A stretch of DNA of 64,000 bases from Felis catus (lineage: Eukaryota), in assembly GCF_018350175.1 (NCBI RefSeq), contig NC_058383.1, positions 11,966,001 through 12,030,000 on the forward strand. The letters are read 5' to 3'. This document shows positions 38,430 to 51,850 of the stretch, piece after piece; within the stretch, counting starts at the first letter, position 1; each line of letters starts with the position of its first letter. The translations under genes were made by a program, and so were the position numbers. A model generated the notes under the pieces. That model saw nothing but the letters and a program-made list of their open reading frames with translations. It did not search any database and was not told where the DNA came from.

Positions 38430-38860
38430 TTCCCAAGTCCGGAAGGCAGATTCAGAAGTGATATCCTTATTCTTACAAATTCCGTGTTTTCATATGACCC
38501 CTTACCCCCTTCACGGCCGTCACGATTGGTATGGGAGTGGACGTTCAACCTGAACTGGCCTCTCTCACAGGATTTTAGAACTTGAACCAGAATCCGGCGG
38601 GTATGCTAACGGGAGAGTGGCACCACGGTTCCCACCAGGAGGAGACAGAGAGTCTAGAAGAATACAAATGACAAGCTAAGAGAATCCGAGACGGAGGTGG
38701 TCACAGTGAGTCCTGGTGACTTTCAGGCCCTTGTCCCATTTGCCCCCATGACTAGCTATTCCCCTGCTAGTCTCACAACTTTGTGAGCCTCACTGTTAAT
38801 CTCCATTTTACCTGAGCTGTGGCAAGTGGATTTTTCAGTCACTTGCACCCAACATAATCC
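38430..38860 (+). mobile_element. Old MaLR (MLT1J/K-like) LTR
   Basis: Degenerate, ending ...gtggatttttcagtcacttgcacccaacataatccc. Confidence 0.4.
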
Positions 38861-39255
38861 CAACGAGCACAGGTGATAGGTGCTTTTTCCGCCCATCCGC
38901 CTGCCTCCGTAGGTGCTGCTTCCTCTGCGAATCCACATTCCCTTATCTCTAACACACAGAAGCCTACCTTTCTTTCAACACCAAGTTTAAATGCCAAAAC
39001 CTTAATCAAAAATGGCAGCTGATATTCTCAGCTGAAGCGACCACACTCTCCCTGCCCTACTATACTTACCATATCTTCATGGCCATTATAACCTCCCATA
39101 TAATAAAGCCATGTATGTACTTGTCTGACCCCCCCCCCCCTTATCTTCCATTAGTTGCAAAGTTCCCTGAGGGCAGAGATTGTGTGACCATTGGTTTGCT
39201 AGTCCTCATAATATTCAGCGCTGGACAGTCACGTGAGAAGAAATACTCCCTTAGC

Positions 39256-39314
39256 TTTCTTTCCTTTTCTTTTCTTTTCTTTTCTTTTCTTTTCTTTTCT
39301 TTTCTTTTCTTTTT
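39256..39314. repeat. (TTTTC)n microsatellite
   Basis: Direct observation. Confidence 0.95.
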
Positions 39315-39499
39315 GAGTCGTATCTACGTCCGATTCTTCCGGGCCTGGGAGCCGAGTTCTGGAAGCAGTTGCATTCCCTAATCAAGCAAATTCCCTCCGA
39401 CAACACTGTGTTCTAAGCGTGAGTTTCAAGCTCCCAGAACTTTGCCCACCCCAAGACCACTTGACCTACAGACTCTCTTTGCTCAAAACAGATATGAAA

Positions 39500-39708
39500 G
39501 GGCGCCTGGCTGGCTCAGTGGGTGAGGCGTCTGATTCTTGGTTTCGGCTCAGGTCTCCAGCTCACGGTTGCCTGAGTTCGAGCCCCATATCAGGCTCCAT
39601 GCTGACAGGGTGGATCCTATTTAGGATTCTCTGTCTCCCACTCTCTCTGCTCTTCCCCGACTCACGCTGGCTCTGTCTCTCTCAAAATAAATAAACTTAA
39701 AAAAAAAA
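39500..39708 (+). mobile_element. CanSINE
   Basis: Head gggcgcctggctggctcag; degenerate TSD aaaacagatatg/aaaacaggcatg. Confidence 0.92.
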
Positions 39709-39976
39709 AAAACAGGCATGCAAACATACCATTTCCGCAAAGCACCGCTACCTAAGGGGACCTCCCTTCATTTTGAGCCACTATGATGATGGGATGATGG
39801 TGGCAGTTGGCCGTCCAAATAGTAACCCCCAGGAAAGTTTGAGCCAGGATCCGAGCATAGGATCAGCCTAGGATAGGGAAACAAGAATCAGGAATCTACA
39901 GGAGTGGCTACCCTAAGAGCTCATCAAGATTGCAAGCTTTGGAACATCGGCGGTGCAGTTTGAACACAGCTCATGC

Positions 39977-40098
39977 TTTTATTTTATTTTATTTTATTTT
40001 ATTTTATTTTATTTTATTTTTTAAATGTCTATTTATTGTGAGAGAGAGAAAGCACGTGACTGCGAGTGCGGGAGAGGGTCAGCCAGAGTGGGGGAGGG

Positions 40099-40131
<33 letters not shown>

Positions 40132-40260
40132 TCCCAGGCAGGCTATGAGCTCTGTCAGCACCGAGCCCGATGCGGGGCTCGATCTCATGACCATGAGATC
40201 ACGACCTGAGCTGAAATCAAGACTCAGATGCTTAACCTACTGAGCCCCCCCAGGAGCTCC
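39977..40260 (-). mobile_element. CanSINE with (ATTTT)n tail
   Basis: TSD-like cagctcatgc/cagctcacgc; body recognisable. Confidence 0.9.
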
Positions 40261-41795
40261 GCAGCTCACGCCTTGAGCTGTCGTGTTACCTAGTCTTGGA
40301 ATGACCGTTCCAATCCTTCTTCCTGGACTACTGAAATCGTTCCTATCTTTCGGGGTGGTCTGAAAACCCACGTCTCCCTTAGGCTCTCTCTCTCTGTCCC
40401 CACCACCTGGGGCATTTCACCCTCACCCACCCCTCCACGTACCCCCACTCCCCACTCTTGTAGCGCTTACTGATGAAAAGCATACATCTGTTTCGCTTTT
40501 CATTTGCGCTGCCCGAGTCTGCCTCCCCGAGTCACGCACAGGCTGGAGCCCGTTCTTTTTGGCGTCCCGCTTCCCAGCATGGAGCCCGGCACAGATTAGG
40601 TTCTCAGTCAATATTTATTGTTGGTATCATCCCGTAATTAGACGATGACAACGGGAAATATTTACCTTCTTGCATCGAGGTAAAACTGAACCTAATTAAG
40701 CAAGGCAGATAGGTGTCTGGGCAGCTCCTGTGGCCTTCCGGCAGAGGAAAAATTGATAACTGATCTAAGCAAACACTTCCAACGCTAGCGCCGCTTGCTC
40801 AGTGACGATAAACATGTCGGCATCGTCATTTTGTCTGTCATCCGCTGTTTGTTTCTCTTTGCGGGGTTGCGGTATCTCGAGATCCTGTCATTCCCTTCCG
40901 TGAAAACCAGCGCTGCCTGGAACGGAAGACAATAAGCAGACTGGACAAATAATACGTGATTGATTAGTTGATTGACTCAGTTAATAAACATTTCCTCAGC
41001 TTCCGCTGGCTGCCAGCGATACACGAACTGGGATGATTTCCTGAAGGCTCTCAGCGCAGCGAGGGAGACGGTCGTATTGCGTGGCAGCTTGTCGTTCATG
41101 AATGCGAATTGCGACGGAGACATTTATCAGGCCGACACTGATCAGGTCAATATGGGAACAAAGCAAGGGGGTGAGGGCTTCTGCTCCAGCAAGCGCTTCA
41201 CGCAGGAGGCGGCATCTGAGCTTCGTGCGGCAGGTGCACTGGCCGCCCAGAGGAGAAGAGACTTCAGGCGAAGGGTGTCGGGCGAAAATGTCATGATTTT
41301 ATGCCTCAGTAGAGCATGGCTGTGTTCGCCCAGCAAAACCAGCCCATCGAATGCCTTACGTGCAACTGAATGGGTCCTGACCCTGAAGAGGGCACATAGG
41401 AGCGAGTGACAGCCAGCCACAACGCATCGCATCGACATGACATGCGAGGCTCCGGTCCCAGGCCACACAGCTGCCAGAACGGCTCGTCCCCTCTCTGAGC
41501 CTGAGTGGCCCCCACCTGCAAAACAGGTGTGATAATCCCATTCCAATGGGAATTCAAGTTTGGAAGGATTTTGCGGCTCTGGGATAGACCCTAAGTAGTT
41601 TCTTCCTTTCCTTTGCTCTGGTGCAATCACTCCAGTGTTCTTTTCAGATTTATCAACAAGAGCCTCGCGTCCTTCGTCTCCCGCAAAGTGCTCCCTGCGT
41701 TCGTGTCGAAAGACATGCTCGAGCGCCACGCGGCTAACCCAAGGAGAGGACAGCGCAGGGGTGTGGAGGAAGCCGTTAAAATATAAAATAGTAAC

Positions 41796-41951
41796 NNNNN
41801 NNNNNNNNNNNNNNNNNNNNNNNNNNNNNNNNNNNNNNNNNNNNNNNNNNNNNNNNNNNNNNNNNNNNNNNNNNNNNNNNNNNNNNNNNNNNNNNNNNNN
41901 NNNNNNNNNNNNNNNNNNNNNNNNNNNNNNNNNNNNNNNNNNNNNNNNNNN
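41796..41951. other. Assembly gap
   Basis: N run. Confidence 1.
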
Positions 41952-43011
41952 AAACCTGAATTTGCCAGACTATCCGTTTTTCTAACCCTTGCCAAAATTA
42001 TAGGTAATTACTTAAGGCTCACAATAATTATAAGTCCATCTTTTAAATAATTAATGTGCACTTTCCTGGTACAAAACAGCTAGTAATCAAACGACCTCCA
42101 CTTACACCGCAAACCCACGCAATTAGGCCTATTGTGTGGGGTCTGTGGAAATATACCCATTTGCGTAAGGGTCTCTTCGGTTGGCGCGCTGAAATGCAAG
42201 GTTGCCGCGTTCTATGACATCAAATAAAGCAGAATTCCGCGGCAGGGATCCGCGAGATGGTAGGAATTCAATACTGATCTGCACGTCGCTGGAGTAGCTG
42301 GTGGGAGGCTGGGGACGGGAGAGAAAGTGAGGCATTCTCTTCCTGCTGGACTTGGGGAAATGGGAAATGATCGTGGGGAACCTAAGTGGGTGAGTTTGGG
42401 GGGACGACCACCCACTTTTTCAGCCCCTCTTTTCTTCCCGAGGGGACACGCCCATCTGTCACATAACCAGGACATGACCGTGCTGGGCTTTGGAAGCACA
42501 GGGGTAAGTAAGGCAGGGTTTGGGGCCAGGAGGGTTTAAACCACGAATGTGTGTGTTATGAGACAGGCGAACAGACACTGAGACTATATTCTGAGAAGTG
42601 TCACGATTTTCCCTATAGTTCTGGCAGATATATAAGAGCCCTGAGACACGACCAGTGTTTTTCGCTGTTCATTATTCCACTCGCAAAGAGCTTTGAAGGT
42701 TCAGGAGGTGGGAGGGGGCCAGTAAGGAATATTCCAGGGCCCTGTATTCCCTCCCACACCCACTCCTGCCCCAGGGTTATGGTTTGTAGTGAACGTGTTG
42801 ATTGTGTCTTAGTCTCCGTGCCAGATGTTCTTGATTTAAGAAACGCTGTAAACGAGCATTCTGTCTTCACCGTGTTCACGGCTTCCCTCCTTAATTCTTC
42901 CTGTTCTAATGACACTCAGCTTCCCTCCCGTCTCCTCCAAGAGCTTCTCCAAGCACCACAGAGCCCCTCGACTTTTCCCTCTTCGCCCGATATTTGAGCT
43001 TATTTGAAGGG

Positions 43012-43633
43012 TGTTGCGCTCGTTAATTTCACGTGTCCACCTGGCTGGGCCACCGTGCCCAGATACGTGGTCAAACGTTACCCTGGATATTTCTGTGAGG
43101 ATGTGTTTTTGGATGAGATTAACATTTAAATCTGTGAACTTTGGCAAGGAGGTTGCCCTTCCTCCCGTGGGTGGGCCTCATCCAATCAGTTGAAGGTCTG
43201 AATACAACCCAGACCGATCGCCCTCGAACAAGAGGGAATTCCGAGGCATGTGGTCTTTGGACTTGAACTACAATGTCATCTCTTACCTGGGTCTCTCCTG
43301 CAGATTTTGGACTTACCAGCCTCCATAATAGCATGAGCCAGTTCTTTAAAATCAATCTCTTTCCCTCTCTCTCTCTCTCTGTTTTCTTTCTCTCTCTCTC
43401 TGAATATTATATATATAAATATATTTCTTATTATTAATTATAATTATTTATAATTAACAACTCTGTATATTAATACATATTCAACTATTAATATTCATCA
43501 ACATTACACAATATTTTCTAACATAATTATAATATTAATATATTATTATATCTATATTATAATATCATATAAAGAATTATATAATTACATATATCCCATT
43601 GGTTCTGTTTTTCTGGAAAGCCTGCCTAATACA
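43012..43633 (+). mobile_element. MLT2 (ERV-L) solo LTR with an expanded AT-rich tract (~43404-43594)
   Basis: ggatgagattaacattt...gtgggtgggcctcatccaatcagttgaagg ... cccattggttctgtttttctgga...ctaataca. Confidence 0.88.
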
Positions 43634-45389
43634 GGTCTCAGTTGAATGGCACTAAACTTAACCGTTAACTATAGTCTCCTGCTCTGGGAAGAAGCAGACA
43701 CTGTACCTCTAAGGTCTTGCCCTCAGTCACTGGAACCCCCATCCCTTCAATAATGACAAGTATGTGCTAAAAGTGATGCCATCCCAGGCACACATACTCT
43801 ACAAAACCAAAATACTGTTAGGGTTCAAAGCTTGGGTTGAGTAATCCGCTCATTTAGAAGAGCAGTGAAAAACAGAGGCAGAAAGTCTTGTCTGGTGCCT
43901 GCATAGACTGGATTCGTACCCATGCTCTTGGACAACCCATACGCTGGCTTCACATAACCATGCTCTTGGAGAACTATGGCGTTCTTCCGTGTGGCACTCA
44001 TCCCGGTGCTTCAACTTTTAAGTATAATATTGGTCTCTTCTCTGTCTCCCAGGGAGTCTCTAATATCCCAAGAGTGTAGGGACCAGCCATATTTGTAGTC
44101 AGCTCAATGGCTCAATAAATACGAGCTGTCTAAATGGTTAATCAATTTCATCATAATGGTGAGGCTGAAAATCTGTGATAACGACATTTCTTTGTAATGA
44201 TCTGATTCAAGCCTCCAACCCACACCCACCACCATCACATCCCTCCACCCAACTCATTAAAACTCTGGCCAATCTGGCCATATAAAATAAAAACCCGGAA
44301 CTTTAGTTCAGGAAGCGGCCACTCTCTCTACCAAGCCCATGTGTTGGGTGGAGTCCAGTCCATGGAGAACACCTTCCATGGGGGCGGAAGTGACCTGGGT
44401 CCTACATGTGAAAGATGCTCTTCCTGAAGCATTTCCAGTCAGATCTTCCCCATGCAATAAGGACAACCATAGAAAACAGCAGTGGGGAACTGTCCAGTGA
44501 GGCGAGGTTTGGGGGCCCTAGCTAGAGTCCTGTCCTCCCCCTTCCTGATGAAACACTTTTCAGATGAGTTATTAAGACACAACTCTTCTCCATCCAGAGT
44601 GGGGAGGACCTATATGAAGACATATCTACCCATTTTTTCCTGTTAGAATTTTTATCATTCCATCCGTGATTTAAGTAGTACCATGTGCCGGGGGGGGGGC
44701 TGGTGGGGTGTTATTGGTCCCCCCAGTCCTCTGGATTTCTGTTAGAATTTGTTCTTTTACGTCCTTGTCCTCTTATGTACCTGACTCAGGAGCAGAGTAT
44801 GACAACAGAGGGTGGTTATGGAAGAAGCGATAGTTTTCTTTGATTCTGTCTCTCCTGGCAATGCATCCTCCAATGACAGGGAAGCGACAGTTACTCAAGG
44901 GCTGGCCCTGGAACCTTGACTCCAGCTTGACGTGAAGAGGACCCTGTGCTCAGCTTCCGGTAAAAGAGTGAGGCCAGAAAGCCTCCTTCTTGGGACGCCC
45001 AAGTTGAAAGGCAGTCATTTCATCTTGACGCAAAGAAAGGAAAATCTAGGATCCTGTGGAGAAGTGACAGATCGCGGGATCCAGGCATGGAAATTCCACC
45101 CCGTTATTTCACCTTCCTCCTTTGGCGAATGTATACAGCTCTTGATGGATGTGGCATGACATGGTACCCCCTTTCTCTTAAGAAATTTGTTTTCACTGAG
45201 AGTCAGGGTGTTAAGAGATTGAATTTGAACCCACGTCCTCCACTCACTACCGGGTCCTCCCAGGAAAATAAGTTTCTCTCTCTGGTCTCCCTTTTGCAAG
45301 AGCGGAGTTGAAAAGCCCTCGTCCTCTGGCAGACCTGAATTCTAAGATCTGACTCTTCACATCCGTGAACGGAGAGAGGTTTGCATTTC

Positions 45390-45590
45390 TTTTTTTAGTG
45401 CATTTGTTTTTAATTTGGGAGAGAGAGAGAGAGACAGAGAGGGAGAGAGTGGGGGAGGGGCAGAGGGAGAGAGAACCTTCAGCAGGCTTCACGCTCAGTG
45501 TGGAGCCCAACATGGGGCTCGATCCTATGATCTTAGAATCACGACCTGAGCTGAAATCAGGCTCAACCAACTGGGCCACCTAGGCACCCC
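45390..45590 (-). mobile_element. CanSINE
   Basis: TSD-like gagagaggtttgcatttctt/aagagagatttgcgtttctt. Confidence 0.92.
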
Positions 45591-46917
45591 AAGAGAGATT
45601 TGCGTTTCTTAACTCTAATCAGCAGCTTAGTAGAGACACGGTGTCTTTGGTGGCAGGGAGATGTCGTATGTCCTGCCCTGGCACGTTGGGGATCTGTGGG
45701 ATGTCGGCACGTAGGACTGCCTGAAATCTGCTCTTTCTGGAGAAGCCATCCCACGCCATCTCAAAATCCCCCAGAGTACCTCTGGACACTTGTATCCCCG
45801 ACCTCCCCAGCACAAACATCCCTGGGGGAGTGGTTCTCAAAGTAGGCTTGACGGAGTTTATCTCCTCTGACGACAGGGCTCCGCACTGGCCTCACTGAAG
45901 GTCAGGGATCTGTGCTTTCCCATTGACTTGCATGAAATGGTTTTCCCCCCAACCAAGACTTTGGCCGGTTTAGTCTGGTTGCATCTCAACTCCAGAATCA
46001 CCTTCGGATACTATCTTTTCAGTCTCCCTTGACCCCTCTGTGGAATGGGCAGGCCAGCTACTCTCACCCCCCCCCCCAAGCTTGGTTCCCAGACTCTAGT
46101 CCACTGGGAAGTTGGTCCCCCATCTGTTTCCCTCTTTCCGGGAGGGTTTTGCGGACGTCTCCCACCGTGACGCGCCCGGATCTGAACCCCAATTTTCTGG
46201 CACCTCTAACCAGGCCTTCTCCCCAGCAGGTGTGAGACTATTTCCCGTACCCCCGGTCGTGTCTATTGGTCCAAAGCAGATGCTGCCTCTTGCGTGACAT
46301 CACCCCAAATAGCTGCCCGGCACAGAGGACCCTGTCGCAAAGGCCCACCGACTACAACAGACACTGTTTCTTGCGAGCCTGAGCGAAAACCACGCATGCG
46401 GACTGTTGGTCCCTCTCTCTGGGGAACCTGTTGGCTAAGTTGGGGCCAATCTATTGCCCTCCTTTTTAAACCCAGAATGCTGATGTTGCAGGTGCTATTT
46501 GTAAGCCCGGGAGAAATACGGCATCTCTCGGCTATGTAACTTCTCCGCTGTGGCTGCATAAGAAGGCAGGCATGATTTCTTACCAGGGGAGACCAATTTT
46601 AAACCTCCACCGGCTTCTGCAACGCAGGAGCTGATGATTTCACCGTGCACCTCTATTTATTTCATAAAGTAAGACGTAGCGGGCCGACTGGGGAAATCTC
46701 GTGGAATAGACGACTATTCGTTATATAAATGGATGAGATTATTCTCATGCATGCAGGGCTGGAAAACATGCCTCTCCTGTTCTCTGCGTCTGTTACAAAC
46801 ACCGTAACCCAGGCCACAACATTCTCTGAGAAATCCTTGTGTGAGTCTTCGAAGGATAAGAAAATATTTCTAGGGACATTGAACTCTAGGGCCTCTGCAG
46901 GTGAACCAGTCATTTTA

Positions 46918-47144
46918 CGTTTGTTTGTTTTTTTTTTTAATGTGGTGTTTATGTTTGAGACGCAGAGAGGCGGAGCATGAGCGGGGGAGAGGGGCAGAGA
47001 GAGAGGGAGACACAGAATCCGAAGCGGGCGCCAGGCTCCGAGCTGGCAGCACAGGGCCCGCTGCGGAGCTTGATCCCATGAACCGTGAGATCATGACCTG
47101 AGCCGAAGTCGGACGCTCGACCGACTGAGCCACCCGGGCGCCCT
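46918..47144 (-). mobile_element. CanSINE
   Basis: Perfect 17-bp TSD gtgaaccagtcatttta at 46901-46917 and 47145-47161. Confidence 0.97.
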
Positions 47145-48232
47145 GTGAACCAGTCATTTTAAACAGTATCTTTGGTTAACAGAATTAAAGGACTAGCTTC
47201 TCTCGCCCAGCCTCTCTGTCTGCCTCCTGGCTGGAGGCGCGAAGAGAACGCAGGACCCCTTTTCCGTGCAGCTGGGATATGAAAGGTAATTCAGGGAATG
47301 ACTTTTTTAAATGGATGGATCGTCTCCATTGAAGAAATCGGCTTTTTCTCTGGCCTCATTTCCCTTTGGCTTCTCTCCTGCAGCCCACTGGCCCGTGCTA
47401 ACCGACCTTTCTGTGATGCTCCTTCTTCGCGGCACTGGAGTGACTTCTAGTGACCTTGATGGAGGTCGAGCCTCTCCGGGCTTTGGTTTCCCTCTCCGAT
47501 GTCTCAAAAAGCAGCGCTCACTCCACTTTGTTATCACGGGCCTAGGATGGGCACCATGGCAGGCCTCCCAGGGATGCGGACGGTCGGTAGCAGGTGTAGA
47601 GGCTCCCAGGTCCTCTAGACCTGACCCCCCGCCAGAAGGAGGGTGTCACGTTCTACCGCGTTTAATTCAACTTCACTCTACGTTCGGTTTCTAAGTTGCG
47701 GCACTGAAAACCTCAAACTAGGTGTAGGGCATTGTAATTTTGCCATGGAAAGTGCCAATCTTTATAAGAAATAGAAATGCTCCCCCCCCACCACACCTCC
47801 GACCCCCCCCACCTGAACTCTGTAACTGTCCCTTTAATTAGGTGCTCATTAATAAATCTATCTCGTTCTCAAATCCCCCACGTACTTGGTACAGTAGTTC
47901 ATTAGCGCAGGAAGAGGCAATTTAGATTTCCTCAGATAATAGCATCTGTCGCTAATCAAATCAAGGCAGGATGTGCAAATGTATCTAGAGCTGGACAAGC
48001 TGGGGTGGGGTGAGGTGGGGGGCGGGTCACGACAGGAAAGATTATCTTTAAAATTATAGTCCTGCATCCTCCGTGTACGAGGCAGTCCTCGTGTCAAGAA
48101 GCACGCCTTGTTTTCCCAACGAAAGCACTTTTATTGACCGGAACGTCCATGTGGACATGGGGCTTGTCAAACCTTGTCACCACTCCTAAAAGCAATAGAG
48201 TCACTACAAATGGGCCCTCTGAAATCCATTGA

Positions 48233-49082
48233 TTCATATATGTATGTTGAATATATATGTATTCATATGTATATTGTATATATGTATATGTATATTGTGT
48301 ATATGTATATGTATATTGTGTATATGTATATGTATATTGTATATATACATATGTATATATGTAGATGTNNNNNNNNNNNNNNNNNNNNNNNNNNNNNNNN
48401 NNNNNNNNNNNNNNNNNNNNNNNNNNNNNNNNNNNNNNNNNNNNNNNNNNNNNNNNNNNNNNNNNNNNNNNNNNNNNNNNNNNNNNNNNNNNNNNNNNNN
48501 NNNNNNNNNNNNNNNNNNNNNNNNNNNNNNNNNNNNNNNNNNNNNNNNNNNNNNNNNNNNNNNNNNNNNNNNNNNNNNNNNNNNNNNNNNNNNNNNNNNN
48601 NNNNNNNNNNNNNNATAGAATAATACATATGTAATACATATATGTGTGTATATATGTATGTGTATACATAATAATACACATATACATAATACATATATAG
48701 GCATGTATATATATATACTAATATATACAAATAGTATATATATAAATCGTATATATGTGTATGTGCGTAAATGTGTATGTATGTGTGCATATACACATAC
48801 AAAATAATACATACATATATAATACATACATGTGTATATATGTATGCGTGTATATATATAATCATACACATATACATAATACATATATATGTACGTATAT
48901 ATACACACTAATATATACAAATAGTATATATATAAATCATATATATATGTATATGCACGTATAAGTGCATATATGTGTGCATATACACATACAAAATAAT
49001 ACATACACATATATAATACATATATATGTGTATACATGTGTGTGTGTATATATATAATACAAATATATGTGTATATGTATAT
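48233..49082. repeat. Complex (TA/CA/TG) AT-rich satellite spanning an N-gap (48369-48614)
   Basis: Direct observation; ~190-bp higher-order duplication to the right of the gap. Confidence 0.95.
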
Positions 49083-49381
49083 TTCGATGACTATTGATTG
49101 AACTTGCGCCAGGCTTTGGGACGTAGAAGAAGAAAGACACGGGAATGCATTCTGAATTCTGTATCTGTCAACATGAACGCAAGAGGGACCATACATGTGA
49201 GGATAAGGAATAGAGTCAGGGCAAAAGGAATCCTGGGAACTTACTGCCTAGAGTAGGGAGTCTTAGCAGGTCAGCTTGGCATGTGGGATAGAAACTGAAA
49301 GAAGTTAAACTAGGAATAACAAATCTGAGTGAAATCTGAGGGCAAGAAATCAGTATCAAAGGAGGATCAAAAGTGCAACCG

Positions 49382-49441
49382 GGGGCGCCCGGGTGGCTCA
49401 GTCAGTTGAGCGGCCGACTTCGGCTCAGGTCATGATCTCAC
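49382..49441 (+). mobile_element. CanSINE head only (3'-truncated)
   Basis: ggggcgcccgggtggctcagtcagttgagcggccgacttcggctcaggtcatgatctcac, then unrelated sequence. Confidence 0.9.
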
Positions 49442-51159
49442 ACGCCTTACCCTTCCTCCCTTCTCCCCACCATGGATACACTCTTGGGCTCTCTCCTGCT
49501 GTCTCCTTCTGCGCACGAATACCAGAAATTATGTATGTGTGTCCCCCCAAATCCTCCCATATCTGAAGTTCTCTTGGCTAAATCTGCCACCAGGAGGTGA
49601 AATGCCCACATTCAAGATCCATTATTTTGCACGGAGACACGCTACGGAAGCCCTTTAGAGAAAATGTGCGGTCGTCCCCAAAGGGCAATGTCATAATAGC
49701 ATTCGCTAATTCATCAGCTGCCCATCAGTCACCTCACCTGAGCACCAAAGTTTGGAGGCCAGAGGACCGAAGCCGAGCGAGTGAACTGAGCTGGGCTCCG
49801 CGGGGCAGGCAGTGCCGGACCCTGGCCGGTCACGGCCAGAAAGAGCACCTGTTTTCTCCTCCGGATTGAGGAGACAAGTCCTAACCCCACCTCCATGTTA
49901 ACCGTGGAACCACAAGTCGCCATCTCCTGGGTTCTTAGCCTCCTGGATTGTAAAATGAGACGTGAGAAACGGTTTCCGTCAAGTTCCAGAAGGATGGCTT
50001 TCGGAATACCAGGCAGAGGAGAACAGAGCGAGCGGGAAGAGAATAATGTAAGCAAATCTACCTCCTGGCTTTGCCCAAGGCCAGCCGTGCAGAAGCGCAC
50101 GCTCCTCACAGACAGCAAATGGAGACAGTCTGGACAGACGCCTGGGATTCCAACTGAATTATGAGAAACGTCTCCTCTACTTTCAAAAGCACCGCAGCGT
50201 GGATCAGAAATAATATGTTCGCCCATTCCCAGTCAACGTTCTCAGGGACTCAGAAGAGTGGGCACATCCTGTCTCTACCGTGAAGGCACTTTCCCATTTC
50301 TTCTTTATTGTTTTCTCAGCTGAAGCCGGTCACGTCCGGCCCGCCTCATTTGACCAAGAGATGCCCCTGCCGAGCAGTTAGACAGCCATTGATTATCTCA
50401 AATCAAGAGCCCCAAATTCGTTCATCCAGAGCCCCATCTTTAGAGAGCTGGCATTGGCCACCGGGCTGCGAGCCTCAGGGCACCACAACATCCCAAAACG
50501 CCTCAAGCCAAAAAAGCTTTATGCTTTGAGACCACTGGGGATGTGCCATCAGCTTAGGGTAAACACGTTTAAACCAGAAAAGCGACAGAAAGGTTGCCAC
50601 ATCGGGTATTCCTGCGGAAAAGCTGGAGGAACGTGTGGGGATTTCTTAACCCAAGCCCTGGTGACCAATCTGCAACGATGGCTGTCGTCCGTAAGGTGGC
50701 AAGTGGGGAGGCGCCGCCTGTCTGTCCTCCGGTAGCGGCCACGCCATCAGCCTCGTCCCTGGTCCCCATGCAGGCATCTTCCGGCCCCCTTCTCACTCCG
50801 AAGAACGCTTTTCCCCAGCAGGACAATAATTTCCTCGTCTCGGCTCTGCGAGACCCCCATTTTACGAGATCTTGGAGGCTCAAAGCAGCAATCTACCGTC
50901 CAAAACAGCCTGTACGTTCATCCTCAGGACATGATCTCCAGCCCTTTTTCAAACAAGCATTATTACAACCATTTTATAGAACCCAGACAGAGAGAGCTCC
51001 CTGATGCCTCTTTGTGGTGCAAGCCACACACAAGAACCTCTCCCTTCCTCCCCCCCCCCCCCGCCCCCTACCTCCCACTGCTGGGAGGGGCCAGGAGGGC
51101 AAGAAACCCAGTGCCTGCAAGCCACAAAGCAGTCAGGAGAGAGCCGTAAAGGACAGGGG

Positions 51160-51621
51160 GGGTCCCCTAGATCATGGGCCCCGGAGCTCAGTCTACGTCT
51201 TGATCCCCAGAACCCACGAATGTTTCCTACAAAATGATCTTTGCTAAGCTAAGGAGGCAGACATGGGGAAATTTTCTTGGATCATCTTGGTGGGCCCTAA
51301 ATGGGATCATGTGTATCCTTATAAGAGGGAAGCAGAGATACTGGGCACACACACACACGCACACACACACACACAGAGGCAGATATTAGAACGATGTGAC
51401 CACAAGCCAAGGAGCCTTGGCAACTAGGAGCTGGAAGAAGCCAGGGACCCATCCTTCCTTAGAGCCTCCAGTGGGAGCACAGCCCTGCCGACATCTTGAT
51501 TTAGGCACGGCGAAACTGATTTCGGAATTTGGCCCCCAGAACGGTGAGAGAACAAACGTGCATTGCCTTAAACCACCCAGTATATGGTGATTTGGTACAG
51601 CAGCCACAGGAAGCTAACATA
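51160..51621 (+). mobile_element. MLT1D-like MaLR LTR
   Basis: ggtgggccctaaatg...ccttataagaggga...cacaagccaagga...gatttggtacagcagccacaggaagctaa. Confidence 0.82.
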
Positions 51622-51850
51622 GGCGGTCACTGCAGGGCCCAGGGATGGGGAAGGGGAAGGGGAAGGGGAGATAGACGGCACGGTCCACCAGTGGGTGAGG
51701 GAGCCGGAATCAATCGCACCTTACAGGGACTGGCCCTGGCGCTGAACAGCAGTGAGTTCTACCCTGGCTTTGTCACTTTCCACCTGCTCTTTGCAGGTGC
51801 CTGCTCATCCCGGAGCCTTAGCCCCCGAGCTTTGAAAATAATAATGTCCC

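Noticed and set aside
48234-49196. Long Y/I/H/T-rich ORFs (up to 320 aa)
   Set aside because: Translation of TA/CA satellite plus an N-gap
49587-49599. CTCF-like CCACCAGGAGGTG
   Set aside because: Partial match only; cannot be scored without a matrix
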